Origin: Corynebacterium amycolatum
GTDB taxonomy: Bacteria; Actinomycetota; Actinomycetes; Mycobacteriales; Mycobacteriaceae
Direction: 5' to 3' (one strand)
Length of the DNA: 32,000 bases
Assembly (NCBI RefSeq): GCF_049243625.1
Contig: NZ_CP046975.1
Below, one piece after another: positions 1 to 10,474 of the stretch. Below the pieces are notes generated by a model. The model saw only the letters and a program-made list of their open reading frames with translations, was not told where the DNA came from and did not search any database. Position 1 is the first letter of the stretch. The number at the start of each line of letters is the position of its first letter. Made by a program: the position numbers and the translations under genes.

Positions 1-902
1 TCGCATCTCAGTTGGCGATTACGGCATCACCCATTTCAGCGGCTGTAGTGCTCATGGCTTCGCTCATGGAACCCCGCGGCGTTGGTTATCTCACACTCCT
101 GGCGATTCTCATTCCTTCGACGTTCCTCGCCATCCTTCCTGCCGCCTTTGTCACGAATCACCTAGGCAAAGAGCTTGACGACGATACGGAGTATCAAAGC
201 CGCTTGGAAAAGGGGTTGGTCTCTAAGCCACGTGGCCAGATAAGCGAATACATACCAACCAAGTCGGCCAAGTGGTCCGTGGCAATTTTCCTTCTCTCGA
301 TTCTCGCAGTGATGGTCTACGCGACCATCAGCACTGAGCAGGTCGGTCTCATCACTGATCCCACACTTCCACGAAACGAAGCGATCATGTCAATAATGTT
401 GACCGCCGCTACCGTTATCGTGCTTGCCTGCAAGTTGGACGCGGCAACGATTTTGAACACCCCAGTGTTTAAATCGGGCATGTCCGCCAGCGTCTGCGTT
501 CTCGGTGTGGCGTGGCTGGGAACCACAATTATCAACCACTACATCGACGACATTAAGACCGCGTCCAGCAGCCTACTGACCACGATGCCGTGGATGCTGG
601 CAATCGTGCTCTTCTTCGCGGCCGCTTTGCTCTACTCGCAGGCGGCCACTGCAAAGGCCATCATGCCCGCTGCGCTCGCGGTGGGAGTTTCTCCCATCAC
701 TGCCGTTGCTTCCTTCGCAGCGACTTCCGCGCTATTCGTGCTGCCTACTTACCCGACGCTCCTTGCCGCGGTGGAGATGGACGACACCGGCACCACCCGA
801 ATTGGCAAATACGTGTTTAACCACTCGTTTATCATCCCGGGCACTTTATGTATTGCCCTGGCTGCCGCGTTTGGTTTCGCTTTCGGCAGCGTGCTGTTGT
901 AG
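1..902 (+). CDS. dcuA: Anaerobic C4-dicarboxylate transporter, DcuA/DcuB family; C-terminal ~297 aa, with the 5' end outside the window
   Basis: ORF 12..902 stays open to the window edge. The translation (ITASPISAAVV..., LYSQAATAKA, LPTYPTLLAAVEMDDTGTTRIGKYVFNH) closely matches the C-terminal two thirds of E. coli DcuA as I recall it, and is hydrophobic throughout. Confidence 0.85.
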   Translation, partial: ASQLAITASPISAAVVLMASLMEPRGVGYLTLLAILIPSTFLAILPAAFVTNHLGKELDDDTEYQSRLEKGLVSKPRGQISEYIPTKSAKWSVAIFLLSILAVMVYATISTEQVGLITDPTLPRNEAIMSIMLTAATVIVLACKLDAATILNTPVFKSGMSASVCVLGVAWLGTTIINHYIDDIKTASSSLLTTMPWMLAIVLFFAAALLYSQAATAKAIMPAALAVGVSPITAVASFAATSALFVLPTYPTLLAAVEMDDTGTTRIGKYVFNHSFIIPGTLCIALAAAFGFAFGSVLL

Positions 903-933
903 CGGGGGTCTACCTAAAACACCGCATAGAGAA

Positions 934-998
934 ACTGACTAGGTTTATGACAAAAACTGAACAGTTAATTCCATTCACCCGTTATAAACCTAGTCAGT
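934..998. terminator. Long hairpin between convergent genes: perfect 15-bp inverted repeat, putative bidirectional intrinsic terminator
   Basis: ACTGACTAGGTTTAT (934-948) is the exact reverse complement of ATAAACCTAGTCAGT (984-998). The stem can extend about 3 bp inward. On the plus strand it is followed by AACTTTTACT. It sits between the dcuA stop (902) and the nuclease stop (1081). Confidence 0.45.
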
Positions 999-1080
999 AA
1001 CTTTTACTGGCGTCGTTCCCGCCGACGGCGGCACCCCGCGAAAGCTAACATTCCTCGAGAGCCACCGCCATCCGCAACTT

Positions 1081-2917
<1,837 letters not shown>

Positions 2918-3008
2918 GACCGCCGCTTCGCGCTGGGAGGTGTAGCCGTCGTAAAGCGTGATACGACACACGGTCTAAATCGACCAAGCAACAACGACAT
3001 CTGGCCCT

Positions 3009-4604
3009 ATGGGTAATCTGGGGTACATGACAACGCCGTCTGACAAAATCCGTGATCTTGAGCAGAAGAACTACAACCTCGGCATTCGAAATAATCGCCT
3101 GGTTGAGCTGTTGCGGGACTCCCGTAACAAGCTAGAGCTACTGCGCCAAGACATGGAGGACATGCTGGAGCCGCCTAGCACGTACGGTATTTTCCTTAAG
3201 CCGGGACCGGAGAAGAGCACCGCAGAGGTGTTTACCGGAAACCGCCGGATGCGACTGAGGGTGCAGCCGGAGATTAACGAGCGGGCGCTTCGGCCGGGCG
3301 CGCAGGTGCGCCTGAATGAGGGCTCGATAATCGTGGAGGACTGCGGTTATCCGGAAAGCGGCGATATCGCCAATGTTCGTGAGGTGCTGCCGGATCGGGA
3401 GCGCATTTTGGCCTCGGATACTCACGGTGAGGAATTCGTGGTGTCCCTGGCTGGGGACTTGTCGCCGAAGCCGGGGGACTCGGTGATGATTGACCGCAAG
3501 TCGGGCTATGCATTTGAGGTCATTCCGAAGTCCGAGGTGGAAAACCTGGTACTGGAAGAGGTACCGGATGTCACCTACACGGATATCGGTGGTCTGGATA
3601 GTCAGATTGAGCAGATTCACGACGCCGTGGAGATGCCGTTCCTGCAGCCCGAACTGTTTGAGCAGTACAACCTGCGTCCGCCGAAGGGCGTGCTGCTCTA
3701 CGGTCCTCCCGGCAACGGTAAGACGTTGATCGCCAAGGCTGTGGCTAATTCGCTGGCACGCAAGATTGCGCTGTCCCGAGGCAAGACCGAGGCAGAGGCG
3801 CAGCGAGCGCAGTCGTACTTCTTGAATGTCAAGGGCCCGGAGCTGCTCAATAAGTTCGTGGGCGAGACGGAGCGTCAGATTCGCCTGATTTTCGACCGCG
3901 CTCGCGACATTGCCGAAGATGGCAAGCCGGTTATTGTCTTCTTCGATGAGATGGACTCGATTTTCCGCACTCGTGGTTCGGGTATCTCCTCGGATATGGA
4001 AAACACTGTGGTTCCGCAGCTGCTCAGTGAACTTGACGGTGTAGAGGGACTGGAAAACGTCATCGTGATTGGTGCCACCAACCGCGAGGAAATGATCGAC
4101 CCGGCAATTCTGCGCCCGGGACGCCTGGATGTGAAGATTCGCATTGAGCGCCCGAATGAGGCAGCGGCGAAGGATATCTTCCGCAAGTACTTGACCCCGG
4201 AGCTGCCGTACAACGCGGCCGAGGTAGAAGCGCGCGGTGGGGTGGAGCAAAATGTCGCACACCTCATTGACCAGGTTGTTGAGCGAATGTACGCCAAGAC
4301 GGAAGAAAATGAGTATGTGCGGATCCGCTATGCAGATGGCACCAGCGAGGTCATGTACTACCGCGATTTCAACTCCGGCGCGATGATTTCCAACATCGTC
4401 GACCGTGCGAAGAAGTCCGCCATCAAGTCGGTTATCGCTGGCGGCGAGGCTGGTATTAGCTTGGATCACCTGCTGTCCGCAGTGGCGGAGGAGTTCGCGC
4501 AGAACGAGGACCTGCCGAACACCTCGAACCCGGATGAGTGGGCTCGTATCTCCGGTCGTCCCGCGGCGCGCGTTGCCTCGGTCGAGGTGATTCGCCATGG
4601 CTAA
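3009..4604 (+). CDS. arc: AAA+ ATPase forming ring-shaped complexes (ARC/Mpa), the pupylation-associated unfoldase
   Basis: Walker A (GPPGNGKT), Walker B (VIVFFDEMD), an N-terminal coiled-coil-like segment and the conserved DEWARISG near the C-terminus. An alternative start is the ATG at 3027. The stop overlaps the dop start by 8 nt. Confidence 0.93.
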   Translation: MGNLGYMTTPSDKIRDLEQKNYNLGIRNNRLVELLRDSRNKLELLRQDMEDMLEPPSTYGIFLKPGPEKSTAEVFTGNRRMRLRVQPEINERALRPGAQVRLNEGSIIVEDCGYPESGDIANVREVLPDRERILASDTHGEEFVVSLAGDLSPKPGDSVMIDRKSGYAFEVIPKSEVENLVLEEVPDVTYTDIGGLDSQIEQIHDAVEMPFLQPELFEQYNLRPPKGVLLYGPPGNGKTLIAKAVANSLARKIALSRGKTEAEAQRAQSYFLNVKGPELLNKFVGETERQIRLIFDRARDIAEDGKPVIVFFDEMDSIFRTRGSGISSDMENTVVPQLLSELDGVEGLENVIVIGATNREEMIDPAILRPGRLDVKIRIERPNEAAAKDIFRKYLTPELPYNAAEVEARGGVEQNVAHLIDQVVERMYAKTEENEYVRIRYADGTSEVMYYRDFNSGAMISNIVDRAKKSAIKSVIAGGEAGISLDHLLSAVAEEFAQNEDLPNTSNPDEWARISGRPAARVASVEVIRHG

Positions 4605-6198
4605 TTCCGCTGCGAAGTCTGCTACTAACTCTGCTGCAAACCCAGCACAGCCGAGCCGCTTCTTCGGCACTGAAATTGAGTACGGCATTTCCAGCCCGGA
4701 CAACCCGGATGTCAGCCCGATTCTCACCTCCACGCAGGCCGTGCTGGCTTTCGCGCACGAGCAGGAGGAGGGCCTGTCGGGGCGCATCCGCTGGGACTAC
4801 GCACCGGAGTCGCCATTGCGCGACAGCCGTGGCTTTGACCTGCGCCGCTACCACCAGCCACCGATTGTGGATCCAAACGCCGTCGGCGCTGCAAACCTGC
4901 TGGTGCAGAATGGTGCCCGTTTCTACGTCGACCACGCACACCCGGAATACTCCTCACCGGAGACGGCAACTGCCCGCGAAGCGGTCATCGCTGACCGTGC
5001 AGGTGACAAGATTATGCTGCGGGCAGCTCAGCTTGCCGCAGAAGCCACCGATGCCGAAGGCAACCCCGGCCCGGTGCTCAAGCTCTACCGCAACAATGTC
5101 GATGGCAAGGGTGCCTCGTATGGCGCCCACGAGAACTACCTTTTCTCCCGGGAAACCGAGTTCGATGACATTGTCGCCGGTCTGACACCGTTCTTCGTCA
5201 CCCGCCAGGTGTTTACGGGCGCTGGTCGCGTCGGTCTGGGCCAGATAGGGCAGGAGTCGGGTTTCCAGATTTCGCAGCGCGCGGACTACATCGAGACTGA
5301 AGTCTCGCTGGAGACCACGTTGAACCGCGGCATCATCAACACCCGCGATGAACCACACGCCGACTCCGATCGCTTCCGCCGCCTGCACGTCATCATCGGT
5401 GATGCCAACATGAGTGAGGTCGCCACCTTCCTCAAGCTGGGCACCACAGGTTTGGTCATTGATGCCATCGAGGACGGTGTGCGTTTCGACGATCTGCAGC
5501 TCCGCAACCCCGTCGAGGCGGTCCATAAGGTCTCCCGAGACCTGACCTGCACCGAGAAGCTGCAGCTGGCGGACCATGTCACCTGGATGTCCGCGGTCGA
5601 AATGCAGTACGAGTACCTGCGTCGCGTGGCGAGCTACGACCAGCAAGGCGACGTCGTCAAGCTCTGGCGTGAAGTGCTCGACGTGCTTGCCGACGACCCC
5701 CGCAAGGCAGCCCACCTGCTGGATTGGGTGGCGAAATACAACCTCATGGAGGGCTTGCGTACCCGCCTGGGCGCGGGCTGGGATCACCCAAAGTTGGCGT
5801 TGATTGATATTCAGTACTCGGATATTGACCCTGGTCGTGGGCTGTACCATGCGCTGGTGCGCCGCGGTTCGATGCGCACGCTCGTGACCGAGGAAGAAGT
5901 CGACCGCGCGGTTGAATACGCACCGGAATCTACGCGTGCGTATGTGCGCGGTGGCATTCTGCGCCGCTTTGGCAAGGATGTCGTCGCGGGCAGTTGGACC
6001 AGCTTAGTGGTGGACACTTCGGGGGGGTATCGGCGCACTCGTGACGTGGAGTCGCCTGGAATTACGCTGGCCTACATTACGCTGGATGAAGTTGACCGTT
6101 TCACTGCCGCTGATTGCGGTGAGGTGTTGGAGTCGGCAGAGACAGTGGCCGAGGTGGTCGAGCATCTGCGTACGCTCGGAGCTGTCCGCGAACAATAG
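4597..6198 (+). CDS. dop: Pup deamidase/depupylase Dop
   Basis: N-terminal FGTEIEYG and the later INTRDEPHAD...RFRRLHVIIGDANMSE are characteristic of the Dop/PafA carboxylate-amine ligase fold. It lies immediately upstream of pup. Confidence 0.93.
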   Translation: MANSAAKSATNSAANPAQPSRFFGTEIEYGISSPDNPDVSPILTSTQAVLAFAHEQEEGLSGRIRWDYAPESPLRDSRGFDLRRYHQPPIVDPNAVGAANLLVQNGARFYVDHAHPEYSSPETATAREAVIADRAGDKIMLRAAQLAAEATDAEGNPGPVLKLYRNNVDGKGASYGAHENYLFSRETEFDDIVAGLTPFFVTRQVFTGAGRVGLGQIGQESGFQISQRADYIETEVSLETTLNRGIINTRDEPHADSDRFRRLHVIIGDANMSEVATFLKLGTTGLVIDAIEDGVRFDDLQLRNPVEAVHKVSRDLTCTEKLQLADHVTWMSAVEMQYEYLRRVASYDQQGDVVKLWREVLDVLADDPRKAAHLLDWVAKYNLMEGLRTRLGAGWDHPKLALIDIQYSDIDPGRGLYHALVRRGSMRTLVTEEEVDRAVEYAPESTRAYVRGGILRRFGKDVVAGSWTSLVVDTSGGYRRTRDVESPGITLAYITLDEVDRFTAADCGEVLESAETVAEVVEHLRTLGAVREQ

Positions 6199-6258
6199 AC
6201 ACGCATAGTGCGGTAATAGGCAGTAATACTCAAAAGTTCATTTTTAAGGAGCAATATC

Positions 6259-6453
6259 ATGGCTGGTAACACTCAGGTTTTCGGCGGCGGTTCCGGCGGA
6301 GGCGACGAGGAAGAGTTCGGCGAGGTCGCTGGCGGCGGTCAGGCACAGGAGCACGTTGCAGCTGCTGACGACCTGTTGGATGAAATTGATGGTCTGCTGG
6401 AGAACAACGCCGAGGAGTTCGTGCGTTCGTACGTCCAGAAGGGCGGCCAGTAA
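6259..6453 (+). CDS. pup: Prokaryotic ubiquitin-like protein Pup (64 aa, C-terminal GGQ)
   Basis: AAGGAG lies upstream of the ATG. The protein has a G-rich disordered N-terminus, the conserved LLDEIDGLLENNAEEFVRSYVQKGGQ, and ends in Gln. Confidence 0.95.
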   Translation: MAGNTQVFGGGSGGGDEEEFGEVAGGGQAQEHVAAADDLLDEIDGLLENNAEEFVRSYVQKGGQ

Positions 6454-6456
6454 GAA

Positions 6457-7947
6457 GTGACTGACCAGCAGGTACCAGCACAGGCGTTGACCCGACGCAT
6501 CACCGGCATTGAGACCGAGTTCGGCATCACTCTGACGTTGGATGGCTCGCGTCGCCTGGGGCCGGATGAGATTGCCCGCTACATGTTCCGACCGGTGATC
6601 GCCAAGTACGGGGCAACCAACATTTTCACCCCCAATGCTGGTCGTATGTACCTCGATGTCGGAAGCCACCCGGAGTACGCCACCGCTGAGTGCGATTCTG
6701 TCTCGCAGCTGGTCGCGTATGACCGCTCGGGCGAGGTCATCTTGAACGAGCTCGCCGAAAGGGCTGAAGCAGAGCTTGCTGACGAGGGCATCGGTGGCAA
6801 GGTCTACCTGCTGAAGAACAACGTTGATACCGTCGGTAACTCCTACGGTTGTCACGAAAACTACCTGGTTGGACGTGAACTGGGGCTGAAGTCCCTGTCC
6901 AAGCTGCTGCTACCTTTCTTGGTTACGCGACAGCTCATTTGCGGGGCGGGGAAGATTTTCCTGCCGTACCCAACCTCGCCGTATCACAACGATCCGATTC
7001 AGTACTGCTTCTCGCAGCGCGCGGATCATGTGTGGGAGGGTGTCTCCAGTGCAACGACGCGCTCCCGACCGATTATTAACACTCGCGATGAGCCACACGC
7101 GGACTCCAACCGATTCCGCCGCTTGCACGTCATCGTGGGCGACTCCAACATGAGTGAGACGACGACTGCACTCAAAATTGGCTCCACTCAGTTGGTCCTG
7201 GAGATGATTGAAGCTGGCGTGAAGTTGCCGGACTTCGAGGTCGCCAACGAGATCAAGTCCATCCGTGCGGTGAGCCGCGATATGACGGGGAAGGCCGAGA
7301 TTCCACTGCGCAGTGGCGAAACTGCCACCGCGCTGCAGATTCAGCGCGAGTTCCTGGACGCTGCGGCGCAGTGGCTGAAGGTCCGCGAAGAAAACATGGT
7401 CAACGAAGACAAGGGCATTGCCGGTGCCGGCACGTCCAACGAGGAAATGGGCCGCATTGTCGAGCTGTGGGGTCGCGCACTGGATGCCGTGGAAACCGGT
7501 GACTGGTCTCTCATTGAGCACGACATTGACTGGGCCATTAAGTACTCGCTAATGAAGCGCTACTTGGACCGCGGTCTGACTCTGGAGGACCCCAAACTTC
7601 ATCAGATCGACTTGGCCTACCACGACATCCGTCCCAGCCGCGGCATCTTCCGCGCGCTGGAAGCCCGTGGCATTGCCTCGCGGTGGATTACCGATGAGCA
7701 GGTCGCTGAGGCAGTCCGCACCGCACCGCCAACTACTCGTGCGAAGCTGCGCGGTGATTTCCTCGTTGCAGCTGAAGAATCCAGTTTCAAGACCGTCGTG
7801 GACTGGACACACCTGAAGATCTCCGGCGATGATCCCATCTCCACTATGCTCAGCGACCCCTTTGCCACGGAAAACGATGAGGTCAGCGAGATGATTGAGA
7901 TTCTGACGGCTGCGAAGAAGACCTCGGATACGCTGCCGGAAAACTAG
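6457..7947 (+). CDS. pafA: Pup-protein ligase PafA
   Basis: GTG start 3 nt after the pup stop. Motifs GIETEFG, GSHPEYATAE and INTRDEPHADSNRFRRLHVIVGDSNMSE mark it as a Dop paralog without the Dop-specific N-terminal extension. Confidence 0.93.
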   Translation: MTDQQVPAQALTRRITGIETEFGITLTLDGSRRLGPDEIARYMFRPVIAKYGATNIFTPNAGRMYLDVGSHPEYATAECDSVSQLVAYDRSGEVILNELAERAEAELADEGIGGKVYLLKNNVDTVGNSYGCHENYLVGRELGLKSLSKLLLPFLVTRQLICGAGKIFLPYPTSPYHNDPIQYCFSQRADHVWEGVSSATTRSRPIINTRDEPHADSNRFRRLHVIVGDSNMSETTTALKIGSTQLVLEMIEAGVKLPDFEVANEIKSIRAVSRDMTGKAEIPLRSGETATALQIQREFLDAAAQWLKVREENMVNEDKGIAGAGTSNEEMGRIVELWGRALDAVETGDWSLIEHDIDWAIKYSLMKRYLDRGLTLEDPKLHQIDLAYHDIRPSRGIFRALEARGIASRWITDEQVAEAVRTAPPTTRAKLRGDFLVAAEESSFKTVVDWTHLKISGDDPISTMLSDPFATENDEVSEMIEILTAAKKTSDTLPEN

Positions 7948-7989
7948 TTCCGTCCCAGGAAACAGCCCAGGAAAAGGAGCCCCACAGTC

Positions 7990-9021
7990 GTGCCTGTCCC
8001 ACCGGTATCGGAAAACCCCGGAACCGCCGCGATTAGTGAGAACCAACGCCAGGTTCAGCTGCTGTTGGCGCTTGCCGACGACACCGGATGGGTCAGCGAG
8101 TCGTGGATCTCCAAACATGTCGAGGGTTACTCCCGTGTTTCCGAGGAATCTCGGGCTCGGTATTTACGTGCGGACACCGCAGCACTCCTGGCAGCTGGGG
8201 TCCCGGTGGAGGTTTCGTCGTCAAGCACTGGCGATAAGGTCAAGCGCCTGCGCCTGAACAGGCTGCGGTGGCCCCAGCACGACCCCGAGTTCACTGAAGC
8301 GGAGGCTTCGGTGGTGTTCCAGGCGGCGAATGCGGCGTTTGGTTCGGAGGAACTGAGTTCGACGGCTGTGGCGGCGTGGCGGAAGCTCGCGTCCTTTGCG
8401 CAGCGCAGTGCCATTGCGAAGCCGGATGAGTCGGTGGTGGTAGCCGATGCGGTGGATATGAGTAGGGCGGATTTCAGCACGCTACTGACCGCAATGACTT
8501 CGCCGCGGCGGACGGTAGAGATGTGGTACTCCCGCCAGTACGGCGTGGATGATGAACTGCGCACGCTGGAGCCGTGGGGTTTGATTAACCTGCGCGGACG
8601 CTTCTATGTGCTGGGTTTTGATCCGCAGCGTGAGGCGGCGCGTATGTTCCGGCTCAGCCGTATCCGCGATGTGTCGGATACGGGAACGTCGGCGACGCAG
8701 CCAATGCCCGATGGTGACTTGCAACAGATTGCGGAAACGATGTTGCACCGCGGTGGGAAGACGTATCAGGCGGTCGTTCGTATTACCCCGAATACCTGCG
8801 CTGATGTCGTAATGAAAGCAACAGCGCTGGGGGAGGGCCGCTACGAGCTGCCAGCGGCACCTGTGAGCGAGATTGTGTCCACAGGTTTGAGTTACGCACC
8901 GGATTTGATTGTGGAATCACCTGAAGAGGCACGGTCGGAAATTATTGCTCGGTTGGAGCAGGTACTCGCTCGCCATGGCGGATCGAATGGTACGAAGAAC
9001 ACTCTGGAGGGCAACCAATGA
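7990..9021 (+). CDS. pafB: PafB, HTH/WYL-domain transcriptional regulator
   Basis: GTG is preceded by AAGGAG. It has a WYL-type segment (LEPWGLINLRGRFYVLGFDPQREAARMFRLSRI), lies directly after pafA, and overlaps pafC by 4 nt (ATGA). Confidence 0.8.
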   Translation: MPVPPVSENPGTAAISENQRQVQLLLALADDTGWVSESWISKHVEGYSRVSEESRARYLRADTAALLAAGVPVEVSSSSTGDKVKRLRLNRLRWPQHDPEFTEAEASVVFQAANAAFGSEELSSTAVAAWRKLASFAQRSAIAKPDESVVVADAVDMSRADFSTLLTAMTSPRRTVEMWYSRQYGVDDELRTLEPWGLINLRGRFYVLGFDPQREAARMFRLSRIRDVSDTGTSATQPMPDGDLQQIAETMLHRGGKTYQAVVRITPNTCADVVMKATALGEGRYELPAAPVSEIVSTGLSYAPDLIVESPEEARSEIIARLEQVLARHGGSNGTKNTLEGNQ

Positions 9022-10049
9022 CAGTGCATGCAGTCCGAGAGCTAGACGCGACTGTCAGCGTCGACGAGTTGCTGGCGGTCGTACCGTATTTTTCCCAGCA
9101 CCGTTCAATGACAGAGGCCGCAACCGAGCTGGCCATCCCTTTTGCCCGAATTCGGGCAATCGTGGAGCAGATTGCCGATATTGACCAGCCGGGACTCCTC
9201 GGAGTGCGGGCTTTTGAAGTTGATTACCGCAACAGCTTTGACGTCCGTATTCGCCCTCATGCAACGGTGCTCAGCCAGCCGCGTGCACTCACAGCCGAAG
9301 AGACCGCGACCTTGCTCCTCATCCTGGAAACCATCGAGGACTCCGCAGCCGCCACCTCTTCCGAGGCCGCGCAGACGGCCGCGACAAAGCTCCGCAGTGC
9401 CCTGGGAACGAACGTTCCCATCATCGATTCGACCGCCGCAGAGGATGGCAAGGCCTTTGCCTTTGCAGAGCAGATTTACTCCGCGCTGCATCAGCGCAAA
9501 GTGCTGAAGGTGCGTTACCGGAATGCCTCAGGGCAGGTTTCAGTCCGTGAACTTGACTGTGTCAACGTTTATACAGTTGAGTCCACGACATACCTCCGCG
9601 CCGTCGACCGGGCGCAGGAAGACAGCCATCAGAAGAGTTTCCGTGTCGACCGCCTGGAGGCCGCCGAGGTCCTCGACATTCCCGCCGCTTTCCACCGCCC
9701 AGAGCCCGTCGATATCCGTGATCCGCACGCCTTTGGTGCGGAAACGGGGACGTCCGAATGGGCGAGTGTGCTTATCGACGCCGATGCTACGTGGATCGCA
9801 GACTATGAACCGGTCTTCTTCACCGAAGATGAGGGAGAAGAAGAGGATACCGAACCGGTCTCTGATCAAGGCCTAGGGCAGTCGGAATTTGCCGCTGACG
9901 TGCCCATGTCCGACCTGGCAGCAACAGTCTCCTTTGTGCTCCGCCGTTCACCGAGCGTAAAAGTCACTGAGCCCCTAAAATTGAAAAACGCCGTTGTTGC
10001 GCGAGCTTCCGAAGCTTTGGCAGAGTATGGTCGAAACGACAAAGCTTAA
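9018..10049 (+). CDS. pafC: PafC, HTH/WYL-domain transcriptional regulator and partner of PafB
   Basis: Same length as PafB (343 aa). It has a WYL-type segment (VLKVRYRNASGQVSVRELDCVNVY...TYLRAVD...SFRVDRL), and its start overlaps the pafB stop. Confidence 0.8.
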   Translation: MTVHAVRELDATVSVDELLAVVPYFSQHRSMTEAATELAIPFARIRAIVEQIADIDQPGLLGVRAFEVDYRNSFDVRIRPHATVLSQPRALTAEETATLLLILETIEDSAAATSSEAAQTAATKLRSALGTNVPIIDSTAAEDGKAFAFAEQIYSALHQRKVLKVRYRNASGQVSVRELDCVNVYTVESTTYLRAVDRAQEDSHQKSFRVDRLEAAEVLDIPAAFHRPEPVDIRDPHAFGAETGTSEWASVLIDADATWIADYEPVFFTEDEGEEEDTEPVSDQGLGQSEFAADVPMSDLAATVSFVLRRSPSVKVTEPLKLKNAVVARASEALAEYGRNDKA

Positions 10050-10073
10050 ACTAGAGCTTCTATCGCGCACAAT

Positions 10074-10100
10074 GTGGCAACTTGCCACTTGTATTTGTAT
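10074..10100 (+). terminator. Short palindrome plus T-rich tract after pafC; a weak intrinsic terminator or an operator upstream of tatA
   Basis: GTGGCAA-C-TTGCCAC (10074-10088) has 7-bp arms and could fold as a 6-bp stem with a 3-nt loop. It is followed by TTGTATTTGTATTCATTTG. Confidence 0.35.
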
Positions 10101-10123
10101 TCATTTGAAAGGTCTCTAAGCGG

Positions 10124-10456
10124 ATGCCGAACCTAGGTCCCTGGGAAATCATCATTATCCTGGTCGTTCTTGTTTTGCTCTTTGGCGCAAAGAAGTTGCC
10201 GGATGCCGCTCGTTCGCTCGGCCGCTCCATGCGTATCTTCAAGTCCGAAGTCAAGGAAATGCGCAACGATGACGAGCAGCAGGAGCAGACTGCAATCCAG
10301 CAGGCTCCGCAGGCCCAGCCACAGCAGCCGTACCAGCAGCCGGCGCCGCAGGCTCAGCCGCAGCAGCCGTACCAGCAGCCGGCGCCGCAGGCTCAGCCGC
10401 AGCAGCCGTACCAGCCGCAGCCTGGCCAGAACAACCCTGGCCAGCCGCAGCAGTAG
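10124..10456 (+). CDS. tatA: Twin-arginine translocase subunit TatA/E with a Q/P-rich repeat tail
   Basis: The N-terminus [45 protein letters not shown] is the canonical TatA TM helix plus amphipathic helix. It lies upstream of tatC. Confidence 0.9.
   Translation: MPNLGPWEIIIILVVLVLLFGAKKLPDAARSLGRSMRIFKSEVKEMRNDDEQQEQTAIQQAPQAQPQQPYQQPAPQAQPQQPYQQPAPQAQPQQPYQPQPGQNNPGQPQQ
10304..10414 (+). repeat. In-frame 39-nt tandem repeat (~2.8 copies) inside tatA, encoding (A)[12 protein letters not shown]
   Basis: Unit 1 is 10304-10342 and unit 2 is 10343-10381. Unit 3 starts at 10382 and is identical to unit 2 for its first 33 nt. Unit 1 differs from unit 2 at a few synonymous positions. Confidence 0.9.
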
Positions 10457-10474
10457 TAGAAGGCCGGTTGAAGC

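Noticed and set aside
2918-3008. Possible terminator between trmI and arc (GTCGTA...TACGAC)
   Set aside because: The stem is only 6 bp and AT-rich, and no T-tract follows, so I do not report it as a feature.
3138-4787. A 549-aa ORF on the minus strand spanning arc and the dop start
   Set aside because: It is entirely antisense to two strongly supported genes. The translation is R/L/A/H-rich low-information sequence, typical of the stop-poor antisense frame of GC-rich genes. I see no recognisable motifs.
4954-5850. A 298-aa minus-strand ORF inside dop
   Set aside because: It is antisense to dop, has no motifs, and is the same high-GC artefact.
6454-6456. Looked for prcB/prcA or remnants between pup and pafA
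   Set aside because: Only 3 nt separate the pup stop from the pafA start, so there is no room for even a pseudogene remnant.
10304-10414. Whether the tandem repeat could be a CRISPR array
   Set aside because: The units are directly adjacent with no spacers, are in frame within tatA, and number only about 2.8 copies. I saw no CRISPR-like repeat-spacer structure anywhere in the window.
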